Below are positions 48,402 to 56,828 of a DNA stretch of 64,000 bases, in pieces. The notes beneath the pieces are model-generated. The model was not told where the DNA came from, did no database searches, and saw only the letters and a list, made by a program, of their open reading frames with translations. Numbering within the stretch: the first letter of the stretch is position 1; each line of letters opens with the position of its first letter. Source of the stretch: a bacterium (GTDB taxonomy: Bacteria > Patescibacteriota > Dojkabacteria > JAKAPS01 > JAJZLI01); the NCBI GenBank assembly GCA_021785355.1, contig JAJYFR010000001.1, positions 135,096 to 199,095 of the forward strand, given 5' to 3'. The translations under genes were made by a program, and so were the position numbers.

Positions 48402-48465
48402 TTATTTAGTTTTAATCTTTTTATATTATATATAATAACAAATTATATGATATAATTTAAGTATA

Positions 48466-51081
48466 ATGAAAGTTTTAAATGTTTTTGGAGACAAAAATAA
48501 TAATACGAAGTCTATTCGTAAGAAGAAATCTTCAATAGACACTAAAAATAAAAAATTAATAGTAAAGCTATTTAAATATAGTTTCATGTTTGTAGGAGTT
48601 ATTATGTTATTAGGTGCAATTGCGGTTGCATATCTGATAATAAAGTATTCTTTTGAATTGCCACCAGCTGGGACTCCTTTTACAAAAGCTTATGCTCAAA
48701 CAACAAGTATATATTCCAGAGGAGGTACTCTACTCTATAGTTTTCATGGTTCACAAAATAGAGAGTCTATTCCTTTGAGTCAAATTCCTAAAAAATTACA
48801 AATGGCAGTTATTGCTGCAGAAGACAAGAATTTTTATAACGAGCCCTTAGGAATTTCTTTTAGAGGTATTCTTAGAGCTTTCTATTATGATGTTTTTAAA
48901 AGAGGGTCTGGAAATCTCCAAGGTGGAAGTACTATTACTCAGCAGTTAGTTAAAGATACAATACTTACATCTCAGCAAACATTACAAAGAAAATTGAAAG
49001 AGATAATATTAACAATAGAAATTTCCCAGAGATATAGTAAACAACAGATTTTACAACAATATCTAAATGAAGTTTATTTTGGAGGAAATGTTTATGGAGT
49101 AAAAGTTGCATCAGAAACTTATTTTAATAAAGAACCAAATCAGCTTACGTTAGCTCAATGTGCTATCTTAGCAGGAATGATTCAAGCTCCATCCTTTTAT
49201 TCACCTTTATTTGGAACAAGTCCTAAATACTTAATTCCTAGAACTGACTATGTTTTAAATCAAATGCTTAATGATAAATATGAAACAGGTGTTACAAATA
49301 AAGAAATTCAAGCTGCAAAGAGTCAAATTCCTCATATGCAATATAATACAAGTAGTGTATCTCAGAACATAAAGGATCCTTGGTTTGTATACTATGTGAA
49401 AAATGAATTAGAAAAAAAATATGGAGTTAATACTGTAGATACTAGTGGTTGGAAAGTATATACAACTCTTAGTTGGAAAATGGAAAAATTAGCTCAATCT
49501 ACAGTAACGAATGCTGTAAATTATCTTATATCTTCAGGTTTTAATGCACATAATGCTTCTTTGGTATCTGTAGATCCTAATAATGGGGAAATTCTAACTA
49601 TGGTAGGTGCTTATAAATATGGGGTATCTATGTTTAATGGACAAATGGATGGATATTATAATGCAGCTCTAGCCCCCAGACAACCGGGTTCTTCTATTAA
49701 GCCATTTTTATATGCAGCTGCATTTCAGGATTTAGGTTTCTCTTCTACAACTATGATGCAAGATCTTCCTATTAATATTAATGGTTATGCTCCAACAGAT
49801 TGGAATAATTTATATGAGGGTCCTATTAATATTAAGGCAGCACTAAGGGGTTCTCGTAACATACCTGCTGTAGAAACCTTATATGCATTAGGTATATCAA
49901 ATTTCATTAAAGAATTGCATTTATTTGGATTTACAGGTGTATCTCAATATAAAAATGATTTATCTATAGCTATAGGAGCTGCAGGTGTACCTCTATTAGA
50001 AAATACAGAAGCTTATTCTACTTTAGCAAATGGTGGTATTAAATATCCTACTGTATCTATACTTAAGATAGTAAATTCTTCTGGAAAAGTAATATATCAA
50101 TATAATCCTAGTAGTGTTGGTCAAAGAATTATAAAACAAAGATATACATATATGATAGATAAAATTATTACTAAATATCCTACAGTATTTTATTCTCCTT
50201 CAATATATTATGGAGGTTATGCTGGTGCTGTTGTAGAGAAAACAGGTACAAGTAATTTGTCTAGAGATTTAGTTTTAATGGGATATACATCTTCTTTAGC
50301 TACTGGAATGTGGGCAGGAAATGATAATAATGCTCCTACTGAAAATTATTCTTATGGTGAGTATTTGGCTCCATTTTGGAATAAATATATGATGGAAGTT
50401 CTTCCTATGTTTCCTAAACCAACATTTCAAAGACCTTCAGGAGTAGTAACTGATTATGTTTGTGCTAATGATGGTTTGCTTCCTGTACAAGGAGATTCTT
50501 GTGCTCAAACTTTAGGTTATTTTTCACAAGGGCAATTACCTAAATTGGATAACCAAAATCAAACAGTAAAAGTATGTAAAGAAAATACTAATCTTCTTGC
50601 AACTCAAAGTCAGATATCTTCAGGTGATTATATAAATAAAACATATGTACAATTACAAGCTTATTCACCTTTATTTCAATCCGCTATTAATGCTTGGGAG
50701 GCAGCTCAATCACCTACTTCAACTATAGCATATGCTCCAGTTCCTACTCAATATTGTAATCAATATTCTGGTCCTAACAATACTATTGCAATAAATAGCT
50801 CTAGTCCTACATCAAATCAAAGTTATAGTATAACTTCAGGAAACAGTATTAATGTATCTGGGGTAGCTGTGTCACCTAATAATATTACAAATATAACCAT
50901 AAAGTTAGAAAATTCTTCTGGAAGTGTAGTAGGACAACCTCAGGTTATAAATAATAATGCTAATTATAATGTGAATTTTCAATTACCTACTATTCCAGGA
51001 CAATATAGTGTTGTTATTACGGCACAGGATTCAAATAATGTAAGTGGTAATAGTACTATTAATATACAAGTAACTCCATAG
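48466..51081 (+). CDS. class A penicillin-binding protein (bifunctional glycosyltransferase/transpeptidase, PBP1a-type) with long Ser/Asn-rich C-terminal extension
   Basis: N-terminal TM anchor. GT51 motifs (AAEDKNFYNEPLGISFRG, GGSTITQQLVKD, RK..E). Transpeptidase SxxK (GSSIKPF), SxN, KTGT (EKTGTS). Confidence 0.9.
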   Translation: MKVLNVFGDKNNNTKSIRKKKSSIDTKNKKLIVKLFKYSFMFVGVIMLLGAIAVAYLIIKYSFELPPAGTPFTKAYAQTTSIYSRGGTLLYSFHGSQNRESIPLSQIPKKLQMAVIAAEDKNFYNEPLGISFRGILRAFYYDVFKRGSGNLQGGSTITQQLVKDTILTSQQTLQRKLKEIILTIEISQRYSKQQILQQYLNEVYFGGNVYGVKVASETYFNKEPNQLTLAQCAILAGMIQAPSFYSPLFGTSPKYLIPRTDYVLNQMLNDKYETGVTNKEIQAAKSQIPHMQYNTSSVSQNIKDPWFVYYVKNELEKKYGVNTVDTSGWKVYTTLSWKMEKLAQSTVTNAVNYLISSGFNAHNASLVSVDPNNGEILTMVGAYKYGVSMFNGQMDGYYNAALAPRQPGSSIKPFLYAAAFQDLGFSSTTMMQDLPININGYAPTDWNNLYEGPINIKAALRGSRNIPAVETLYALGISNFIKELHLFGFTGVSQYKNDLSIAIGAAGVPLLENTEAYSTLANGGIKYPTVSILKIVNSSGKVIYQYNPSSVGQRIIKQRYTYMIDKIITKYPTVFYSPSIYYGGYAGAVVEKTGTSNLSRDLVLMGYTSSLATGMWAGNDNNAPTENYSYGEYLAPFWNKYMMEVLPMFPKPTFQRPSGVVTDYVCANDGLLPVQGDSCAQTLGYFSQGQLPKLDNQNQTVKVCKENTNLLATQSQISSGDYINKTYVQLQAYSPLFQSAINAWEAAQSPTSTIAYAPVPTQYCNQYSGPNNTIAINSSSPTSNQSYSITSGNSINVSGVAVSPNNITNITIKLENSSGSVVGQPQVINNNANYNVNFQLPTIPGQYSVVITAQDSNNVSGNSTINIQVTP

Positions 51082-51085
51082 ATTT

Positions 51086-53458
51086 TTATCTGAAATCTAT
51101 ATTCTTAAATTCATTTTTTAGAGTATTTTTTATTGAGGAAATTTTGTTTTTTATTTCTTCACTTTTAAATGTACCTTCAAAATTTTGAAAAATTAATTTT
51201 ATTGTTATACTAATCTGATCCTCTTTGAGAGGTTTTCCTTCATAAATATCTATAATATTAAAACTTTTTAATGCAGGATCCTTTATATGGACTAATATAT
51301 CATCCAGTACTAAATTCTTATTATACGTTATATTTATATCTTCAACTATTTCAGGATATTTAGAATATTTTATATATATAAATTTATCCGATATATATGG
51401 TATTATTTCATTTATATTTATTAATAATATACTTAAATTTCCATTTATATTGAAATTTTCTTTTACTTCTGGGTGTATATTTATAATATCACCTATCTTA
51501 TTATCATTTATTATTATTTCTGCACTTTGTTTTTGAACACCATATTTTTTACTAGTACCCTTTTTAAAAGTAATACTTTCATTAATATTTAAGTATTCAC
51601 ATAGATTTGTAAATATTCCTTTAATCTCAAAAAATGTATCATTCTTTTTATTCTTTGAGTATTTAGATACGCATAAGAATAAATCTTCTTTTGGTAACTC
51701 TTCTTCTGATCTTAGGTATACATTTGCTATTTCAAATAAACTAAAATTATCAGAATTTTTTGTATTTAAAGCTACAGTATTTAACATTGAAGGTACTAGA
51801 GTTTCTCTTAAATGAGTAAAGTCTTCAGATAAAGGATTAATTATTTTAATAGCATTTGTAATGTCTATATTAGATTTTCTAGCTAAATCCTTACTGATAA
51901 AAGAATAAGTCTTAATTTCATAACTTGATTGAGATACTAAGATCTTCTTTATCTCTAGTTCTGTATCATATATTATATTTCTTTTTATCTTACTTGATTC
52001 ATATATAGGATTTTCTTCAGGGATTTTGTCATATCCATATATTCTGCCTATTTCTTCTATTATATCTACATCTTCTTTTATATCTTTTCTTTGAGGAGGT
52101 ATATCTATTTGTAATAAATTATTTTCACTAGATACTTTAAAGTCTAACCTTTTTAATATATCTATAATATTTTCTGTAGATATTTTTATTCCTAATATTT
52201 TATAGATTCTTTCTTCTGATAGAGATATTTTAATATTTGTATTAGATGCTCTTTGTATATCTGTTATATTTGAATCAATCTTTCCGTAGTTAAGATTTTG
52301 TATCATATCTATTGCAAGAAGAATTCCTTGTAGTGCAAAATGTTCTGGAATACCCTTTTCATATCTTAAAGAAGCTTCAGTTCTAAGGTTTACTTGTTTA
52401 GAGCTCTTTCTAATCAATATAGGGTTAAATATAGCGCTTTCTAAAAGTATAGATTTTGTATTATTGTCAATTTCTGAATCTTCTCCTCCCATTACACCTG
52501 CTATCCCTAAGCCTTTTTCTTCATTTGCAATAAGATAATTATTTTCATTAAGCTTTCTTTCTTTTGAATCAAGTGTTTTTATAATTTCTCCATTTTTTGC
52601 TTTTCTTACTATTATATGAGGATTTTTACCATCAGATATTTTATCAAGATCAAATGCATGAAGAGGTTGCCCAATTTCGGTCATAACATAATTAGTTATA
52701 TCAACTATATTATTTATACTTTTTATTCCAATTTTTCTTAATTCTTCTTTTAGCCAAACTGGAGATTTTCCTATTTTTATATCCTTTATTATAATAGCTA
52801 TATATCTAGTACAGAATTCATCATCTAAAGTTATTTGTATATTATCCTCAATTGGATTTTTTATAGGGTTTAAAGATATATTCTTGAAATCTTCTTTTTG
52901 AATAGCTGCAAATTCTCTTGCAATTCCAATATGAGAGAATAAATCTGTTCTATTAGAGATTACTTTATTATCTATATCTATTATAGTATCTGATATATAT
53001 TTACTTAATTTTTCGCCTATTCGATCTTTATATTCGTCCCCAAGATCCATAATTCCTTCATGATCATCACTTAATTCTAATTCTTTTTCAGAACATAGCA
53101 TACCATTAGACATTACACCTCTTAGTTCTGATGATTTTATTTTTGTACCATTTGGAAGTATACCTTCATCTAAAATAACAGGACAAATCATTCCTATATA
53201 TATATTAGATGCTCCTGTGACTATAACAAGGCTTTTTTCTTTTATTGTTACATTTACTATTTGTAATTTGTCTGCATTAGGGTGTTTTTCTATTTTTGTT
53301 ATTTTTCCTATGTATATATCTGATAAATTCTTTCCATAATGTATTATATTATCTATATCTACAGATTGTATTGCAAATTTATCTAATAATATTCCTAATT
53401 CTTTTTTATCTTTAGGTATTTTTGTGTATTTTTTTAATCTATTTATTGATATCTTCAT
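51086..53458 (-). CDS. pheT: phenylalanyl-tRNA synthetase beta subunit
   Basis: 790 aa, N-terminal tRNA-binding (OB) domain, B3/B4 and B5 domains. Immediately downstream of pheS with a 4-nt overlap. Confidence 0.92.
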   Translation of the reverse strand: MKISINRLKKYTKIPKDKKELGILLDKFAIQSVDIDNIIHYGKNLSDIYIGKITKIEKHPNADKLQIVNVTIKEKSLVIVTGASNIYIGMICPVILDEGILPNGTKIKSSELRGVMSNGMLCSEKELELSDDHEGIMDLGDEYKDRIGEKLSKYISDTIIDIDNKVISNRTDLFSHIGIAREFAAIQKEDFKNISLNPIKNPIEDNIQITLDDEFCTRYIAIIIKDIKIGKSPVWLKEELRKIGIKSINNIVDITNYVMTEIGQPLHAFDLDKISDGKNPHIIVRKAKNGEIIKTLDSKERKLNENNYLIANEEKGLGIAGVMGGEDSEIDNNTKSILLESAIFNPILIRKSSKQVNLRTEASLRYEKGIPEHFALQGILLAIDMIQNLNYGKIDSNITDIQRASNTNIKISLSEERIYKILGIKISTENIIDILKRLDFKVSSENNLLQIDIPPQRKDIKEDVDIIEEIGRIYGYDKIPEENPIYESSKIKRNIIYDTELEIKKILVSQSSYEIKTYSFISKDLARKSNIDITNAIKIINPLSEDFTHLRETLVPSMLNTVALNTKNSDNFSLFEIANVYLRSEEELPKEDLFLCVSKYSKNKKNDTFFEIKGIFTNLCEYLNINESITFKKGTSKKYGVQKQSAEIIINDNKIGDIINIHPEVKENFNINGNLSILLININEIIPYISDKFIYIKYSKYPEIVEDINITYNKNLVLDDILVHIKDPALKSFNIIDIYEGKPLKEDQISITIKLIFQNFEGTFKSEEIKNKISSIKNTLKNEFKNIDFR

Positions 53459-54504
53459 ATTTTTTTGAATTGTGATAGAAATCTTAAATCATTTTCATAG
53501 AACAACCTAGTATCGTCAATCATATTTTTTACCATAACTAACCTTTCTGGTCCTCCTCCAAATGCAAAACCCTGATATTCTTGAGGGTCTATATTTACAT
53601 TTCTTAAAACTTGAGGATGAATCATACCTGCTCCCATGAGTTCTATCCATCCTTTATTACTACAAACTCTACATCCTACCCCATTACATAGAAGACATGT
53701 TGCATCTATTTCAAAACTAGGCTCTGTATATGGGAAAAAAGAATGTCTTAAGCGTAATTCTATTTTTTCATTATTAAATATATTTTTCAAAGATGTTGTA
53801 AGTATATTTTTTAAATCTTTGATATTAGTAGTTTTATCTATTACTAAACCTTCAAATTGGTAAAACATGAATGTATGTCTTTGATCCTGATTCTCATTTC
53901 TATATACTCTTCCAGGAGCAATAATTCTAATAGGAGGTTTCTCAGAAAGCATAGTTCTTATTTGAACTGAAGATGTATGTGTTCTAGGTAGTATATGGTT
54001 TTCTTTGATATAGAATGTATCTTGCATATCTCTTGCAGGATGATTAATATCTAAATTTAGAGATTGAAAACAAAACCAATCAGTTTCAATCTCGGGTCCA
54101 GAGGCTACAGAAAAACCAAAATATTCAAAAGTTTTAACAATTTTATCTATCATCTGACTAATAGGATGTATAGATCCTATATTATTAGATATACCAGGCA
54201 TAGTTACATCTATAGTTTTTAGAAGTTCTTTATTTACAAGTTCTTTTTTTAAAAGTGTTTCTTTTTCGAAGAGTTTATCTGTGATTTCTTTTTTTACTTT
54301 ATTGGAAAATTCTCCTAGAGTTTTCTTATCTTGAATATTATAATTTCTTATTTCACTCAATAGTAAAGATAATTCTTTGTCTTTACCAAATACAGAGTTA
54401 TATATTTTTTTTAGAGTCTCTATATTGTCAGAAGTTTGTATTTTTTTTAAAGAATCTTTTCTTATTAATTCTATTTTATCTATTAAATCGTTAATGTCAT
54501 ACAT
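53455..54504 (-). CDS. pheS: phenylalanyl-tRNA synthetase alpha subunit
   Basis: Class II motifs: ...HPARDMQDTFY (motif 2 region), ...GAGMIHPQVL, GFAFGGGPERL (motif 3). Confidence 0.94.
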   Translation of the reverse strand: MYDINDLIDKIELIRKDSLKKIQTSDNIETLKKIYNSVFGKDKELSLLLSEIRNYNIQDKKTLGEFSNKVKKEITDKLFEKETLLKKELVNKELLKTIDVTMPGISNNIGSIHPISQMIDKIVKTFEYFGFSVASGPEIETDWFCFQSLNLDINHPARDMQDTFYIKENHILPRTHTSSVQIRTMLSEKPPIRIIAPGRVYRNENQDQRHTFMFYQFEGLVIDKTTNIKDLKNILTTSLKNIFNNEKIELRLRHSFFPYTEPSFEIDATCLLCNGVGCRVCSNKGWIELMGAGMIHPQVLRNVNIDPQEYQGFAFGGGPERLVMVKNMIDDTRLFYENDLRFLSQFKKI

Positions 54505-54853
54505 TCTCTTTTGATTTGACTTCGTTTACTATTTTATCAAATACATTTTTGTCTTCTGTTGCAAAATATGCCATCACTTTTCTGTTTAAAAGAAGGTTAT
54601 TATCTTTTTGTAATTTCTGTAATTTTGAGTAAGATATTCCTGTGTCTTTTAATGCAGCAGATATTCTAGTAATCCATAAAGTTTTAAAGATATTTTTTTT
54701 CTTTTTTCTTCCATTGTACGAATATTCTCCTGCATGAAGAATAGCTTCTTTAGAAACTTTGATTAAGTTTCCTTTTGTCATTCTATAACCTTTGGTTAAT
54801 TCATGCACTTTTTTATGCTTTTGATGTTTTGTATATCCTTTTTTTATTCTCAT
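54497..54853 (-). CDS. rplT: 50S ribosomal protein L20
   Basis: MRIKKGYTKHQKHKKV...RKKKKNIFKTLWITRISAA...LLNRKVMAYFA is the canonical L20 pattern. Confidence 0.93.
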   Translation of the reverse strand: MRIKKGYTKHQKHKKVHELTKGYRMTKGNLIKVSKEAILHAGEYSYNGRKKKKNIFKTLWITRISAALKDTGISYSKLQKLQKDNNLLLNRKVMAYFATEDKNVFDKIVNEVKSKENV

Positions 54854-54856
54854 AAT

Positions 54857-55039
54857 TTATTTTAAGTCTTTAAATATTTTAGTATTACCACCTAAAACTT
54901 GTATGCCTTTTATTCTGCTCTTTCGATTACTTCTTCTCTTAGACATAAAATGAGATACTCCTTTTATACTATGAAGGATTTTATTATTTTTAGTCTTTCT
55001 AAATCTTTTAACTAATATTTTTTTTGTTTTTATTTTCAT
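54857..55039 (-). CDS. rpmI: 50S ribosomal protein L35
   Basis: 60 aa, MKIKTKKILVKRFRKTKNNKILH...RRSNRK; basic, L35-like. Located between infC and rplT. Confidence 0.85.
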   Translation of the reverse strand: MKIKTKKILVKRFRKTKNNKILHSIKGVSHFMSKRRSNRKSRIKGIQVLGGNTKIFKDLK

Positions 55040-55041
55040 AA

Positions 55042-55560
55042 TTATTTTGTTGGTTGTAGTAATGTTAAAATTGTCTTTCCTTCTCTTTTAGGTTCAAATT
55101 CTGGTGATCCAGATTCTGCTGTATCTTGTACTATTCGTGCCATTAAATTATCAGCATTATCAAAAGCTGTCCTTCCTGTTATCCTTATTACTACCTTAAC
55201 TCTATGTTTTTCATCTAAGAATTCTTTTATTCTTTTTACTTTATTATTATAGTCTCCTATACCTATAAATGGCTTAAATCTAATCTCTTTTATCTCCTTA
55301 TTCTTAGTTTTTTTATTTAAACCTCTTTCTTTCTTACTCTGTTCGTATTTATACTTAGAGTAAGACATTATTTTGCATACTGGAGGGTCTGTATTAGGAG
55401 ATATTTCAATTAAATCTAATTCTTTCTCTTTTGCTATTGAAATCGCTTCTTTGGTTTCAATTATACCTATAAATGTGCCATCTTCATCGATTAAACGTAC
55501 TTTCGGAGCTCTTATATAATCGTTATATCTTATTAAATTGTTTCTTATATTTTTTATAAT
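55042..55560 (-). CDS. infC: translation initiation factor IF-3, full length (172 aa) with a non-canonical AUU start codon; the ORF-track entry 55042-55368 is only the C-terminal part
   Basis: The reading frame is open upstream of the annotated ATG and encodes the IF3 N-domain: ...IKNIRNNLIRYNDYIRAPKVRLIDEDGTFIGIIETKEAISIAKEKELDLIEISPNTDPPVCKIM-SYSKYKYEQ... (cf. E. coli INGEIRAQEVRL...[22 protein letters not shown]). No in-frame ATG/GTG/TTG exists at the N-terminus. An ATT at 55560-55558 lies 9 nt downstream of a perfect AGGAGG (55575-55570, minus strand). Confidence 0.75.
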   Translation of the reverse strand: MIKNIRNNLIRYNDYIRAPKVRLIDEDGTFIGIIETKEAISIAKEKELDLIEISPNTDPPVCKIMSYSKYKYEQSKKERGLNKKTKNKEIKEIRFKPFIGIGDYNNKVKRIKEFLDEKHRVKVVIRITGRTAFDNADNLMARIVQDTAESGSPEFEPKREGKTILTLLQPTK

Positions 55561-55751
55561 AAAATAACCCCTCCTGGTTAGATAATTAATTTAATCTAGT
55601 ACTGGTATAATATCAAAGATTATTGGCTTTGTAAAGAATTTATACATATAAATTATAAAATAGACCTTCTGTGTAAATCTTATATAGCTAGAATAAATGG
55701 TCTGATAAAATTTTTTTGTATTCATTAAGTTGCAAAGACTTTTTATCAGAT

Positions 55752-56402
55752 CTATTCTATTTCTAAATTGAGGCTTTCTTTAGGTTTTTTATTCTTTCTT
55801 AAAAATTTTATATTATTATTTATAAAATTGTTAAATTCTTTTGTTTTTATTGATTTTAGAACTAATTCTTCTCCAAAAAGTTTATCAATATCCTTTGTTT
55901 CTTCTACTATTATTTCTAATTGTATTTTATTTTTATTTTCATAAATAATAATTTTAGTAAAGATCTCATTATTTAATGTTTCTGTTGTAATATTTATAAT
56001 ATTTTTATTATTATTTAAACTTATATATGTATATATTGGTACTGAATTAAAATCAGATGTTCTGGCTTTTAGAACATAGTAATTTTTGTAATTAGAATTA
56101 ATCTTATTTTCTGTATATATATCATTATCTAAATATATAAAATTTTTTAGATATATAGATATAATTGAGTGCATTGATATAATTATTTTTTTTATATGTT
56201 CGAAATCATCCTCTAAATTTTTTGTAGATGAAAGTTTTTCAACAAGATTGTTTTTTATAGTATTAAGAATAATATTTAATATTTCTTGATCTTTTCCTTT
56301 AAAAATAGTTGGAATTTCAATTTTAGAAAGTATTTTAAGATATATACTTACTTCATTTTTATTCATAGAATTTTTGCTCCATATCATCAATATAATATTC
56401 AA
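55752..56402 (-). CDS. hypothetical protein (216 aa), Asn/Ile/Lys-rich, unknown function
   Basis: ORF in track with no recognisable motif. Embedded between thrS and infC. Its 5' end overlaps the upstream ORF by 44 nt. Confidence 0.35.
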   Translation of the reverse strand: MNIILMIWSKNSMNKNEVSIYLKILSKIEIPTIFKGKDQEILNIILNTIKNNLVEKLSSTKNLEDDFEHIKKIIISMHSIISIYLKNFIYLDNDIYTENKINSNYKNYYVLKARTSDFNSVPIYTYISLNNNKNIINITTETLNNEIFTKIIIYENKNKIQLEIIVEETKDIDKLFGEELVLKSIKTKEFNNFINNNIKFLRKNKKPKESLNLEIE

Positions 56403-56787
56403 AATCTTTATTTTTTATTTGAGATATTTCTGATAGTGTATCAGTTCCTATATGTCTAAAAAAATTTTCTAATGGAGTTATTTTTATCTTTTTCTCAAGT
56501 AATATATGATATCCACTTCTTTGTTTTTTTTCTATTTCAAAAGTTATTATACCTTTTTTATTTTTAAGTATTATTTTTAGATTAGGATATAAATTCATAT
56601 ATGCTTTATATAGTTTATCTAAGAAAAATATATGATCTTTCCTAATTATTTTTTTTTGAGAATATCTGTTATTCAATATATTATTAAGCATTAATATATT
56701 AGAATTCATATCTAAATGCTTAAATTTTTTAGTGGAACTAACAAGAAATGATTCTACTTCATTTTGGAATTTTAAATTGTTATGCAT
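56359..56787 (-). CDS. hypothetical protein (142 aa), unknown function
   Basis: ORF in track with no recognisable motif. Starts 39 nt downstream of the thrS stop on the same strand. Confidence 0.35.
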   Translation of the reverse strand: MHNNLKFQNEVESFLVSSTKKFKHLDMNSNILMLNNILNNRYSQKKIIRKDHIFFLDKLYKAYMNLYPNLKIILKNKKGIITFEIEKKQRSGYHILLEKKIKITPLENFFRHIGTDTLSEISQIKNKDFEYYIDDMEQKFYE

Positions 56788-56828
56788 GAATCTATTATAT
56801 ATATAGATTTTTGTTATTACAACATATT

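Noticed and set aside
48402-48465. Looked for a T-box leader upstream of tyrS (minus strand)
   Set aside because: Only 64 bp separate tyrS from the divergent PBP gene, too short for a T-box riboswitch. No specifier/T-box motif seen.
51082-51110. Bidirectional terminator hairpin between convergent PBP gene and pheT (TAGATTT-TTATCTG-AAATCTA)
   Set aside because: The stem is 7 bp and entirely A/T with no flanking U-tract asymmetry. The predicted stability is too low to assert a terminator.
56359-56402. Programmed ribosomal frameshift site in the 44-nt overlap of the two hypothetical ORFs
   Set aside because: No canonical slippery heptamer plus stimulatory structure was identified by eye. A frameshift error or pseudogene is equally likely, so this is reported only as an open question in the findings.
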